Notes: generated by a model from the sequence alone, not told the origin. Counted from the first letter of the stretch, positions 54,708-64,000 are shown. The stretch is 64,000 bases of DNA from Desulfovibrio sp. (GCA_031279825.1 JAITHT010000074.1:6829-70828); one strand, 5' to 3'. Program-made: numbers and translations.

Positions 54708-56417
54708 ATGTCCATGCGAGTTGTCGTCATCGGCGCCGTCGCCCTCGGTCCCAAAGCGGCCAGCCGCTTCAAGCGCCTTATGCCTGAGGCGGAAGTCACG
54801 CTTGTTGATCAATCCTCACGCATCTCGTATGGAGGATGCGGCATTCCCTATTATATTTCCGACGAAGTCAACCGGATTGAGGAATTGCAGACAACGCCGT
54901 ACGGCACCATACGCGATGCGGCTTTTTTCAAGACCCACAAAGGGGTTGTCGCGTTGACGCAAACCCGGGCCACGGCCATTGATCGCCCGGCCAAACGGGT
55001 AACCGTCGAAGATCTCGTTACCGGCAAACCCTCCGTTCTTCCCTATGACAAGCTGGTTCTGGCCCTCGGCAGTTCTCCCAGATTCCCCCCTGTTCCCGGC
55101 ATTGAACTGGCAGGCGTCAGCCCGGCCACAAATCTGGAAGAAGCCGAACGCATCAAAAACGCCGTATCCACCGGAGGAGTCAAAAACGCCGTTGTCGTGG
55201 GCGGCGGTTTCATCGGTCTGGAACTGGCTGTCGCTCTTGGCGATATGTGGGGAATCCCGACTTCCGTGGTGGAAATAGCCGGGCAGATACTCCCTGGCTT
55301 TCTTTCTCCCTCTTTGGCCCGTATGGCGGGAAAAGACCTGTCGGACAACGGCATCACGGTGTATGTCCGAGAAAAGGTCCTGCGATTCGAAGGCAAGGGG
55401 GGAAGGGTGGCCAGGGTTGTAACCGATAAACGGGAATTGTCTGCCGATTTGGTGGTTATGTCCACGGGTATACGCCCTAATACGGAACTTGCCGGAGCCG
55501 CCGGACTCACCCTGACGGATCAGGGACTCATCGTGGTGGATGAGTATTTGCGGACATCTGATCCCGATATTTACGCCGGCGGGGATTGCGTCAGCATCAT
55601 CAATCTTGTGACCGGCAAACCCGGCTGGTATCCTTTGGGTTCCATGGCCAACCGTCAAGGACGGATTATCGGCACCAACCTGGCGGGCGGAGACGCCGCA
55701 TTCCCCGGAGCCGTGGGCTCCTGGGGGGTGAAGCTGTTCGCCCAAAGCGCCGCCGGTGCCGGTCTGAATATCGAAAACGCTTTGCGCGAAGGCTTTGACG
55801 CTATAAATGTGCATGTCGAGCAGATCGACAGGGCACATTTCTATCCGGATAAAAATGTAATGGCCCTGGAAATGGTCGTGGAAAAATCCACGCGCCGGAT
55901 CCTCGGGATCCAGGGGATGAACGCCAACGGCGACGCTCTGGCGTCCAGGATTAACGCCGTGGTTCCTCTGCTCTCGCGCAGGGGAGAAGTCGCGGACGTC
56001 TCCAATCTTGAGGTTCTCTATTCTCCTCCCTTTGCCGCGGCCATGGACATTGTCAATGTCGCGGGCAATGTGGCGGAAAACATTCTTGAGGGGCGCCTCG
56101 TACCCGTCAATCAGGAGGAGTTCGAAAAACTCTGGGCCGCCCGCGACAAGGAGGAGGTCTATTTTATAGACACCCGGGTGAGCCGCGATGCCGAACCCTT
56201 TGTCCGTAAGTATCCGAAGCACTGGCGCGCTATTCCCCAGGACGAGATCAGCAGGCGCCTGGAGGAGATCCCCGGGGATAAACCCATTATCCTCGTTTGC
56301 AACACCGGTCTTCGTTCCTTTGAAGCCCAACTTGCCCTCAGGGTCCACGGAGTGCGCGACACGCGTTCACTGCTTGGCGGCGTGTCCGGCGTTAAACGTT
56401 CAGGCGTCGATATATAA
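54708..56417 (+). CDS. FAD-dependent CoA-disulfide/persulfide reductase with rhodanese domain
   Basis: SYGGCGIPY active-site Cys, GGGFIGLE, IYAGGD, YSPPF, C-terminal VCNTGLRS rhodanese loop. Confidence 0.88.
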   Translation: MSMRVVVIGAVALGPKAASRFKRLMPEAEVTLVDQSSRISYGGCGIPYYISDEVNRIEELQTTPYGTIRDAAFFKTHKGVVALTQTRATAIDRPAKRVTVEDLVTGKPSVLPYDKLVLALGSSPRFPPVPGIELAGVSPATNLEEAERIKNAVSTGGVKNAVVVGGGFIGLELAVALGDMWGIPTSVVEIAGQILPGFLSPSLARMAGKDLSDNGITVYVREKVLRFEGKGGRVARVVTDKRELSADLVVMSTGIRPNTELAGAAGLTLTDQGLIVVDEYLRTSDPDIYAGGDCVSIINLVTGKPGWYPLGSMANRQGRIIGTNLAGGDAAFPGAVGSWGVKLFAQSAAGAGLNIENALREGFDAINVHVEQIDRAHFYPDKNVMALEMVVEKSTRRILGIQGMNANGDALASRINAVVPLLSRRGEVADVSNLEVLYSPPFAAAMDIVNVAGNVAENILEGRLVPVNQEEFEKLWAARDKEEVYFIDTRVSRDAEPFVRKYPKHWRAIPQDEISRRLEEIPGDKPIILVCNTGLRSFEAQLALRVHGVRDTRSLLGGVSGVKRSGVDI

Positions 56418-56429
56418 CATGAAGTCATA

Positions 56430-56471
56430 ACATGAAGTCATTTCATAATTCACTATGAAATGACTTCATGT
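56430..56471. repeat. Perfect 18-bp inverted repeat (preceded by a 13-bp tandem duplication, 56414-56439)
   Basis: acatgaagtcatttcata-attcac-tatgaaatgacttcatgt between convergent genes; possible bidirectional terminator. Confidence 0.8.
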
Positions 56472-56472
56472 G

Positions 56473-56636
56473 TGGTGTCTCAGAAATTTGCTTACAAATT
56501 TCTGAGAAGATCGCAAGCCGAAAAACGTGATTTTCGGCTTGCTCTCGCCGCCCTCGGCGAAAACATGTTTCGCCCGCTCCTCGTGCGCGAGAGCCGACGC
56601 TTACGCTGCCGGTCGGCACTCTGCACCGCCGTGCCG
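56473..56636 (-). repeat. Hybrid A/B multi-hairpin element
   Basis: B-like end tggtgtct; hairpins tctcagaaatttg/caaatttctgaga and gcaagccgaaaa/ttttcggcttgc; then the family A core in reverse (56544-56613). Confidence 0.8.
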
Positions 56637-56639
56637 TCT

Positions 56640-57332
56640 TCAAAAAGTTTCCAAAGAAGGCGAGACAAGCCACGGGCCAAGCAGACTCTGCCCCTGGGAG
56701 GCAGAGGAGGCATGCGGACGTTTGTCGGGCAGCAAAGTAACGCGACGTCCGGAAATTCTCAGACGATCTTGCGCCAGCCATTGCAGGGCTTGCGGATAGA
56801 TGCGGTACTCAAGGGAATGGATGCGGGGCATGAGGTTTTCCAGGGTATCGCTGGAATTAATCGGCGCGGCGGCCTGAATGATTACCGGTCCGTTATCCAT
56901 AACCTCATCGACAAAGTGCACGGTCACTCCGGTAATGCGCGCGCCGTAAGCGAGAGCGTCGCCGCCCCCCCGAACGCCGGGGAAGCTCGGCAGCAACGAT
57001 GGATGAATATTGAGAATACGCCCGGGAAAGGCCTGGATGAACATTGAAGAAAGCAGGAGAGTATAGCCTGCCAGCACTACGGTATCGGCGCCGGCATTCC
57101 GGATGACGGTCAGCATGGCCTTGTCGAATTCTTCACGGGAAACGAAATCGCGATGACTCCTGCTCCAGACGGGGATGTCGCGTTTACGGGCCTTTTCCAG
57201 CACCGGAGCATCCGATTTGTTGGAAAGGATGATACGCACGCGGGCATCAAGCCTGCCTTCTTCACTGGCGTCAAGAATAGCGCTGACGTTGCTCCCGGTT
57301 CCCGACGCCAGCACGGCGATTTGCAAAGTCAT
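56640..57332 (-). CDS. purN: Phosphoribosylglycinamide formyltransferase
   Basis: VLASGTGSN, LAGY, NIHPSLLPSFPG, GVTVHFVDE.MDNGPVI. Confidence 0.96.
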   Translation of the reverse strand: MTLQIAVLASGTGSNVSAILDASEEGRLDARVRIILSNKSDAPVLEKARKRDIPVWSRSHRDFVSREEFDKAMLTVIRNAGADTVVLAGYTLLLSSMFIQAFPGRILNIHPSLLPSFPGVRGGGDALAYGARITGVTVHFVDEVMDNGPVIIQAAAPINSSDTLENLMPRIHSLEYRIYPQALQWLAQDRLRISGRRVTLLPDKRPHASSASQGQSLLGPWLVSPSLETF

Positions 57333-57487
57333 AGGGTCTCCTTTTATCTGACGGGTAAATTTCTTACGAAATCGTTGCAAGGCGGAGCTTTCCTTATAGG
57401 CCCCCCTTTACCGCAGACTATAGTATATAACATTTGTAACGAATGGGAAGAGGAGGAGAAAAAAAGAGGATAATTCTCCGGCCAAGG

Positions 57488-58927
57488 TCACTCCCTGTGC
57501 AAGGAGATCAAAGCGCCCGCATGAGACAGGGCGCGGGAAAGCCGCTCAACAGATTCCCGACGCCCGAGAACCTCCATAATATCGGCAAGATCCGGCCCGC
57601 TGCCCGTCCCCAGAAGGCAGACACGCAGGCCAGGAGCGATAAGCTTGAGCTTTACCCCGCTTTCTTCCACATAGGCATGAATACAGCGGCGCAAAGCTTC
57701 CTTATGAAAATCCTCAAGAGTCCCCAAGCGCTCGCGCAGGGCGGCCACATGAGCCGTACCCTCGGCGGAAAGAAACTTGGCCGAGGCAGCGGGATCATGG
57801 ACGATATCCGCAGCCTTGAGAAGCAAAGGACGCATTTGTCCGGCAAGTTCGGCAAGCGTGTCGACGCGCGGCTGATACAAAGGGATGCAGCGCATTATAT
57901 GATCGGTGTCGTCAACGGGAATCCCCTCCCGGCGGAGAAAAGGAAGCAGACGGGGGAGCATCTCTTGAGAAGATAAGGCGCGCAGATGCTGGGAATTGAC
58001 CCAGAGGAGTTTTTCAGGATCAAAAGAAGCGGCGGCGCTATTGAGACTGGCGCCGTTAAAGTGCGCGATCAGCTCTTCCCGGTTGAAAATCTCCTGGTCC
58101 TTATGGCTCCAACCCAAGCGAACGAGATAATTCACCAGGGCTTCAGGGAGCAGGCCGTCCTTCTCGTATTCAATGACCGCTTTGGCGCCGTGACGTTTGG
58201 ACAATTTTTGGCGATCAGGTCCGAGAATCATGGGCACATGCCCAAAAACAGGAAGAGCCGCGCCGATAGCCTGATAAATGAGGATTTGCCGGGGAGTGTT
58301 GTTGAGATGATCATCGCCCCGGATGACGTGGGAAATATTCATGGAGACGTCATCCACCACCACGGCGAAATTATAGGTGGGCGCGCCGTCCGCCCGGCGC
58401 AGAACCATGTCGTCAAGCTCGTTGACGTCAAAGCTCACCGTTCCCTTGACCATATCCTCAAATACAATTTTGCCTGACGGGGGAACCGCCAACCTTACGG
58501 CGTGCCCCGGTCCCGGACCAAGGCCGAGCGCGCGGCAACGGCCGTCGTAACGGGGTTTTTCTCCGGCGGCTCTCGCCTTGTCGCGCATGGCTTCGACTTC
58601 CTCGGGACGACATCGACACCAATAGGCGTCCCCACTCTTGAGCAGACGCTCAATATATTCGTCATACAAGGAAAAACGCCGGGTCTGGTAGACCGGTGCG
58701 CTGTCCGCATCCAGACCGAGCCAGCTCATGGAAGCCAGGATGGAGTCGGTATACTCCTGCCGCGAACGTTCGGTATCCGTGTCTTCTATGCGAAGAACAA
58801 AGCGCCCGCCGTAGTGGCGAGCCAGCAGCCAGCAAAAAACGGCAGTGCGCGCGCCGCCTATATGCAAATGGCCTGTGGGGCTGGGAGCAAAACGGGTGAC
58901 GACACGGGGGGAGGGCATGGAGGGCAT
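57488..58927 (-). CDS. gltX: Glutamate--tRNA ligase
   Basis: TRFAPSPTG.LHIGG, LRIEDTD, RGDDH, KLSKR; start 58927 or 58918. Confidence 0.96.
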   Translation of the reverse strand: MPSMPSPRVVTRFAPSPTGHLHIGGARTAVFCWLLARHYGGRFVLRIEDTDTERSRQEYTDSILASMSWLGLDADSAPVYQTRRFSLYDEYIERLLKSGDAYWCRCRPEEVEAMRDKARAAGEKPRYDGRCRALGLGPGPGHAVRLAVPPSGKIVFEDMVKGTVSFDVNELDDMVLRRADGAPTYNFAVVVDDVSMNISHVIRGDDHLNNTPRQILIYQAIGAALPVFGHVPMILGPDRQKLSKRHGAKAVIEYEKDGLLPEALVNYLVRLGWSHKDQEIFNREELIAHFNGASLNSAAASFDPEKLLWVNSQHLRALSSQEMLPRLLPFLRREGIPVDDTDHIMRCIPLYQPRVDTLAELAGQMRPLLLKAADIVHDPAASAKFLSAEGTAHVAALRERLGTLEDFHKEALRRCIHAYVEESGVKLKLIAPGLRVCLLGTGSGPDLADIMEVLGRRESVERLSRALSHAGALISLHRE

Positions 58928-59038
58928 GGCGTATATATCCTTGAATAACGCGGCTGCAACTGCGGCGCGCAGTATCGTTCTGTTCAGCGGCAAACGCGTA
59001 TTATTTTGAAAATATTATTTTTTAAGATGAAGCACTAC

Positions 59039-59710
59039 CTATCTTTGTACGCCGAAACCGGGAATGCGGCATTTTTTCTCCAGCCGATCAAGCGCCCATG
59101 AGGCAAGAGTGGTCATGGCCAAATAATACATGCCGGCGGTAAAATAAATTTCAATATAATGAAAGGTGCGGGCGGTCAGTTCCTTGGCCTGCCCCGTCAG
59201 TTCGATAAAGGTGAGAACGTAGGCCAGAGAGGAATATTTAATCAGATAGATGACTTCATTGCCGCAACCGGGCAGTGCCCGGCGTACCGCCTGGGGAATG
59301 ACTATGTAAAGAATCATATCCACAGCGCTGAAGCCGAGGGCGCAGGCGGCCTTGATCTGCCCCTGGCGAATGGAGAGCAAAGCGCCTCTGACATGTTCCG
59401 ACTGGTAGGCCGTGCTGCACAGGATAAAGCCCAATACTGCCGCCTGATAGGCGGAAAAGCGTATTCCCCATTTGGGCAGGGCGTAATAGAGAAAGTATAA
59501 CTGCAACAAAAGAGGAATACCCCGGAATACGGCCACATAGGCGTCGGCCAAACGGCGCAGCGGCGAACAGGCGTATACGCGGAGCGTCCCCACCAGCACG
59601 CCGCCGACAAAGCCGATCACGGAGGAAGGCGCAATCAAGGACAGACTGAGCAGTAACCCTTCATTCAGAGCAGGAATAATCCTGTTCCAAAACATATCGG
59701 CATCTAACAC
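59039..59710 (-). CDS. Polar amino acid ABC transporter permease
   Basis: FRGIPLLLQL, AYQSEHVRGA, IPQA. Confidence 0.92.
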   Translation of the reverse strand: MLDADMFWNRIIPALNEGLLLSLSLIAPSSVIGFVGGVLVGTLRVYACSPLRRLADAYVAVFRGIPLLLQLYFLYYALPKWGIRFSAYQAAVLGFILCSTAYQSEHVRGALLSIRQGQIKAACALGFSAVDMILYIVIPQAVRRALPGCGNEVIYLIKYSSLAYVLTFIELTGQAKELTARTFHYIEIYFTAGMYYLAMTTLASWALDRLEKKCRIPGFGVQR

Positions 59711-60477
59711 GCGCCTTCCTCCGCAGCCAGTTTGCAGAAAAACGCCCGGGTACGGGTATTGCCGCCGGAGGCAAGAAGTTCGGCGGGCGCGCCGCGTTCG
59801 ATTATCTCTCCCCTGTCCATAAACAGTATCTCCGTGGCCAACGCCCGGGCGAATTCCATCTGATGGGTGGCCAGGATCATGGTCATGCCGCCCCTGGCCA
59901 ATTCACGGATGACGGCCGAGACCTCGCCTACCAGTTCGGGATCAAGGGCGGAAGTGGGCTCATCAAGCAAAATGACTTCCGGATCCATAGCCAACGCTCT
60001 GGCAATAGCCACTCGTTGCTTCTGGCCGCCGGAGAGTTGCGCCGGATATACGGATGCGCGCCGGGAAAGCCCCACGCGCTCGAGCTCTTCCATAGCCCGC
60101 AAAGCGGCGGCGCCTCTGTTCATGCCCTTGACCTTGACCAGGGCGATGCTGACGTTTTCCTGGACGGTCAGGTGATCGAACAAATTGAAATCCTGGAAAA
60201 TCATGCCGACACGTTCGCGCAGGGCATACAACTCGCGCTTGACAGAAGGGGCCACAGGCGTCCCGTTGAGAAAAAGAACGCCCTCGTCCGGAGGAATAAG
60301 ATAATTAATGCATTGCAGAAAGGTGCTTTTTCCCGCGCCTGAAGGGCCTATGAGCACTTTCATCTCGCCTTTGTTCACGCGCAGCGACACATCATTGAGA
60401 ATACGCTTGCCGCCGAGGCTTTTACAGAATCCTCTGGCTTCAAGAACCGCCGATCCGGAAGTGATATGCGTCGTCAT
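59704..60477 (-). CDS. Polar amino acid ABC transporter ATP-binding protein
   Basis: GPSGAGKST, LSGGQKQRVAIARAL, DEPTSALDPELV. Confidence 0.94.
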   Translation of the reverse strand: MTTHITSGSAVLEARGFCKSLGGKRILNDVSLRVNKGEMKVLIGPSGAGKSTFLQCINYLIPPDEGVLFLNGTPVAPSVKRELYALRERVGMIFQDFNLFDHLTVQENVSIALVKVKGMNRGAAALRAMEELERVGLSRRASVYPAQLSGGQKQRVAIARALAMDPEVILLDEPTSALDPELVGEVSAVIRELARGGMTMILATHQMEFARALATEILFMDRGEIIERGAPAELLASGGNTRTRAFFCKLAAEEGAC

Positions 60478-60486
60478 GGACTTATC

Positions 60487-61200
60487 TTATACATGAGTAT
60501 AGCCGGGAATGCGCAACGTCTTTTCCAACCGGCGCAGGCCGCGCACGCCCAGAATAGTTATGATGAAATACAGCAGGGCCGCCGTCACATAAAAGGCGGT
60601 ATATTCAGCGGTGCTGGTGGCAATGGCCTTGGTGCGGGACATGAGTTCCATGGTCCCGAGCACGGATACCAGGGCAGAGTCCTTGAGCAGAATGGAATAC
60701 TCGTTGGACAACCCCGGGATGGAAAGACGCAGGGCTTGCGGCAGAATAACATGCATGACGGCAACGGAGTCTCGCATGCCCAAAGCCCGTGCCGCTTTGA
60801 GCTGGCCGGCAGGCAGGGAATTGATGGCCCCTCGAAAAATCTGGCTCTGATACGCGGCGCTGGTCAAGCCCAGGACTATACAGGAAGCGGCGAAGGGAGA
60901 AAGCTCGAAGCTGACGGAGAATTCACGGCCGGCAAGATTGAAATGCAACGAGCTTACCTGATACGCCAGACCGAAATAAAAAAGATACAACAGCACCAGA
61001 ATGGGTACGCCGCGGAAAAACCAGACATACAGACCGATGGCGCGTCGGAGAATGCTTCCTCCGTGCGTTTGTCCAACCGCCATAGGCACGCCCAGCAGCA
61101 AGCCCAGCAGCATGGCGCACAGCACAGTGCCGGCGGTAATGCCCGCGCCTTGCAGAATGAAAGGCATCGCTCCAAAAACAGTCTCAAGACTTTCTTGCAT
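60487..61200 (-). CDS. Polar amino acid ABC transporter permease
   Basis: FRGVPILV, AYQSQIFRGA, LPQALR, LLKDSAL. Confidence 0.92.
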   Translation of the reverse strand: MQESLETVFGAMPFILQGAGITAGTVLCAMLLGLLLGVPMAVGQTHGGSILRRAIGLYVWFFRGVPILVLLYLFYFGLAYQVSSLHFNLAGREFSVSFELSPFAASCIVLGLTSAAYQSQIFRGAINSLPAGQLKAARALGMRDSVAVMHVILPQALRLSIPGLSNEYSILLKDSALVSVLGTMELMSRTKAIATSTAEYTAFYVTAALLYFIITILGVRGLRRLEKTLRIPGYTHV

Positions 61201-61261
61201 ACGCGTCCCGATGGCTCAGACGACTGCGGGGATTTTCAGAGACCCTCGACACGAAAATCAA

Positions 61262-61290
61262 TGCCGCCCCGGTAAATCACCGGGGCGGTA
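61262..61290 (-). terminator. GC-rich hairpin after the substrate-binding protein gene
   Basis: gccgccccggt-aaatc-accggggcggt, followed on the minus strand by ttgatttt. Confidence 0.55.
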
Positions 61291-61376
61291 GGACAGCGTT
61301 TCTCTCGGCGCGCGGGGGAGTCCGCAATGCCGGGAAACCACCGGGAATTCCCCAGGCAACGGCGCGCCGCCATCCA

Positions 61377-62138
61377 TCATTGTGAGCCAACGCTGATATA
61401 TTTGGCTTTCAAGCTTTCCCAGAAAGGATCTTTTCTCAGCAATTCATAGCCTTTGTTAATCTTTTCACGCAGTTCTCCGTCTTCATTGCGGGTGGCTACG
61501 CCGAAATCATCGGGCTCGGCAAAATCTCCGACAACCTTGATGGGTTTCTTTCCTTTATGTATAGCCTCGTCCGCCGGGGCGGAGTCAATGGCGGCGCCGT
61601 CAATACGGCCGTTTATCAGATCTTCAACGGCCAAGGGAGGAGAATCGTAAAACTTCAAACTGAAGTTGGCTTCCCTGTTGTTGTCCAGCATGGACTTAAG
61701 CAATTCAGCCTCATTGGTGCCGGCCTGTACGCCCAGGGTTCTCCCTCCCGTCAGCAGGTCGGTCTTACTGAGCAGGCTATCATTAAGCACCAGCAGATAC
61801 TTACGCACCCTCCAGTACGGATCGGAAAAAGTGATCAGCTTTTGCCGTTCCGGGGAAATGCTCATGCCGGAACAGACCATATCTATCTTTTTCGCCAGTA
61901 AACTGGGAATGATGCCGTCCCAGTCCATGGGGCGGTGTTCCACGGCGAAGTTCATTTTTTTGGCGATCCAGTCCATGGATTCCACATCAAAGCCGGCGGG
62001 CTTACCCGTTTTATCCATGAAGGCAAAAGGCGGATAATTGGCGTCAATGCCGTTGATATAGACCTTTTTCGCATGAGCGCTTCCGGTCATGATACAAAGC
62101 AGCACAAACAAGGAAAAAAAGAGAGATTTGCAAGTCAT
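61377..62138 (-). CDS. Polar amino acid ABC transporter substrate-binding protein
   Basis: Signal peptide; YPPFAF, GFDVE, WDGIIPSL, SGMSISPER. Confidence 0.92.
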   Translation of the reverse strand: MTCKSLFFSLFVLLCIMTGSAHAKKVYINGIDANYPPFAFMDKTGKPAGFDVESMDWIAKKMNFAVEHRPMDWDGIIPSLLAKKIDMVCSGMSISPERQKLITFSDPYWRVRKYLLVLNDSLLSKTDLLTGGRTLGVQAGTNEAELLKSMLDNNREANFSLKFYDSPPLAVEDLINGRIDGAAIDSAPADEAIHKGKKPIKVVGDFAEPDDFGVATRNEDGELREKINKGYELLRKDPFWESLKAKYISVGSQ

Positions 62139-62642
62139 TCCGGCACCTCGTGCTAGTATTCACAGAGTGGAGGTTGGCATCGCGAAAATGCGCATGGCGG
62201 CAAAAACGAGCCATGCGGACAAAGCATCCTTGACCTTGCGGGGCGGCGTCGGCGCCGGTCCGGCGGAGCGATAAAACGAGAATCAGATGCGAACTCCGTA
62301 CGCATCCGCCTTGTCTGTTACCGGCGGTGCAAGTGTGAAAAAAGCATAGCAAAAGGAGGAAAGAGGCGCAAGGCTTGCATGCCCGTCGCGAAAAAGGAGT
62401 CCGACGCGGGAGCGCGCGGCCAGGCGACGCGCTTTTCTATAACCGGGAACAGCCGGGATTACCCTTGCGCGCTACATAAGTTATAATTTATAAAGGAATA
62501 TTCAGGATGCGCGCCCGCACAGAAACGGCGCAAGCATTGTGCGCGACGCGCTTTACAATCTTCCGTACCTTGTGATTTGGAACATTGTCCCACTGCGGGA
62601 TTGCCGGTTTCCGACCGTAACCTCAAGCGAGGCAGGCAGACC

Positions 62643-63086
62643 ATGACGCTGAACCCCATCAAGGCTTTTTCCGACTATATTGCCGCGCAAGGACTGAAGA
62701 ATACTCCGCAACGACGCTTGATCGTTGATGTATTTTTCAAATCCGGCAAACACGCGAGCACGGAAGAATTGTATGATCAGGTGCGCACGATTGACAGCGG
62801 AGTCGGGCAGGCGACGATTTACAGAACCTTACGGCTGTTGTGCGAGGCGAACCTTGCCAGAGAAATGCACTTCGGCGACGGCACCGCCCGCTATGAACCC
62901 ATTGCGGACGACTCGCATCACGACCACCTCATCTGTACGGCATGCGGCAGAAACCAGGAGGTGGTTGACGTGAACATCGAACGCCTGCAGGAAGAACTTG
63001 CCACCCGCTACGGCTTTGTGCTGACGTCGCATCGCATGTACCTGTACGGCCTTTGCAGCAGTTGCCGCGGCACTCCGGCGAAATAA
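62643..63086 (+). CDS. fur: Fur family transcriptional regulator
   Basis: TPQR, ATIYRTL, HHDHLIC..CG, C-terminal CSSC. Confidence 0.92.
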   Translation: MTLNPIKAFSDYIAAQGLKNTPQRRLIVDVFFKSGKHASTEELYDQVRTIDSGVGQATIYRTLRLLCEANLAREMHFGDGTARYEPIADDSHHDHLICTACGRNQEVVDVNIERLQEELATRYGFVLTSHRMYLYGLCSSCRGTPAK

Positions 63087-63162
63087 CAGCAAAAATGCGG
63101 CGTAAGGCAGCCGATGAGCGGAGTGATCTCTGCCAGCGCGCCGAAAAACAGGAAGACGGCAT

Positions 63163-63999
63163 ATGGCCTATCAGACTTTTCCCTGGCAAGCGGGAAGTTC
63201 CCGGAGTTTTGAAAAGCTGCTTTCTCTGAGCTTACCGGCGCTCAAGGGAAAAACGGTACTGGATGTGGGTTGTAATGCCGGGTATTTCTGCGGATGGGCG
63301 GCATTCCAGCAGGCAAAGAGGGTGGTGGGCATAGACCGCGACTGCGAGAGCATTGCCCTGGCCAGGGAATGCTTTCCCGAGTGTTCTTTCGTCTGCGGAG
63401 ATTGGAATCATATCGGCCGGGCGCGGTTCGACCTTGTTCTATGCCTCTCCGCCATCCATTACGCCGAGGATCAACAGGCGCTACTTGCCGCGCTCATGAA
63501 CAGCCTCACGCCGGGCGGGATGCTTGTTCTGGAATTGGGCATCGCTCCCGGAGACGAGGACGCGTTTGTTGCCGTTGATCGGAATATGAACGCGCATACC
63601 GTTGATACCCGCCTGTTTCCCACATGGGCTAAAATACACGCCCTTTTATCCCGCCATGCGTTCAAATATATGGGAGAAAGCGTCCGGCAAGCGGGCGATC
63701 CGCTCCCCCGTCATGTATTCCATGTGCATCGGCGCAGGCCCCTTGCAGTGCTCCTTATGGATAGGCACTATTCCGGCAAATCTTCCGTTGTTCAGCAGAT
63801 AATGAAGCCCGACATCCCCGTAATTAAGGGAGAAAAAGTGTACGAGGACATTATGAACGGCGCTGTTGACGCGAGCGGCGCCATAAAAACGCACGTACGC
63901 CATGTCGAAAACACGCGGCATATGATACCGCCAATCATTACGTCAAATATATGCGATGCCGGTCTATTGCCCGAACTGGCCGATATATGCATGGCTGCG
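63163..63999 (+). CDS. Class I SAM-dependent methyltransferase with downstream P-loop-like segment (runs off the right edge)
   Basis: Not in the ORF track. Manual translation: MAYQTFPWQAGSSRSFEKL...VLDVGCNAGYFC...FDLVLCLSAIHY...LMDRHYSGKSS, open to the window end. Confidence 0.8.
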   Translation, partial: MAYQTFPWQAGSSRSFEKLLSLSLPALKGKTVLDVGCNAGYFCGWAAFQQAKRVVGIDRDCESIALARECFPECSFVCGDWNHIGRARFDLVLCLSAIHYAEDQQALLAALMNSLTPGGMLVLELGIAPGDEDAFVAVDRNMNAHTVDTRLFPTWAKIHALLSRHAFKYMGESVRQAGDPLPRHVFHVHRRRPLAVLLMDRHYSGKSSVVQQIMKPDIPVIKGEKVYEDIMNGAVDASGAIKTHVRHVENTRHMIPPIITSNICDAGLLPELADICMAA

Positions 64000-64000
64000 G

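Noticed and set aside
54816..56348. 510-aa minus-strand ORF (similar cases: 5794-6738, 6842-7819, 20472-21500, 34219-35241, 36863-37741)
   Set aside because: Each lies antisense to a well-supported gene and has no motifs of its own.
5330..56636. Palindromic repeats as a possible CRISPR array or tRNAs
   Set aside because: They are dispersed, with no regular repeat-spacer period, no cas genes and no cloverleaf or T-loop motifs.

Overview
GC-rich chromosomal window from a Desulfovibrionaceae-like sulfate reducer (inferred from gene content and order). It is mostly housekeeping genes: lactate permease (partial) and PFOR, pdxK-murI, a flagellar cluster (fliR-flhB-flhA-flhF-flhG-fliA-cheY-fliL), rfbF, a Csd4-like peptidase, uvrA, tauE, comEC, murA, cobJ/ahbB/hemL/cbiG, gcvH, mlaEF, lpoA-like, hflKC, a hybrid kinase, a CoADR-rhodanese, purN, gltX, an amino-acid ABC transporter, fur and a methyltransferase (partial). 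I saw no rRNA, tRNA or CRISPR array. The unusual signal is non-coding and mobile. (1) Two families of ~130-160 bp multi-hairpin MITE-like repeats (A and B) nest in one another, share modules with compensatory stem changes and form a hybrid; both full B copies sit in different perfect 10-bp palindromes centred on CTAG. (2) A ~3.6 kb mosaic island next to the comEC stop codon holds an IS5 remnant, bioF, an in-frame IS4-transposase::tyrosine-recombinase chimera, and a Fic gene capped by an IS5 end. (3) flhF contains a C13 tract. (4) The uvrA and gcvH leaders share an exact 19-nt motif. (5) There is a 1013-aa PHP-like membrane protein of unknown function. All calls are by eye from motifs; no searches were run and some start codons are best guesses.
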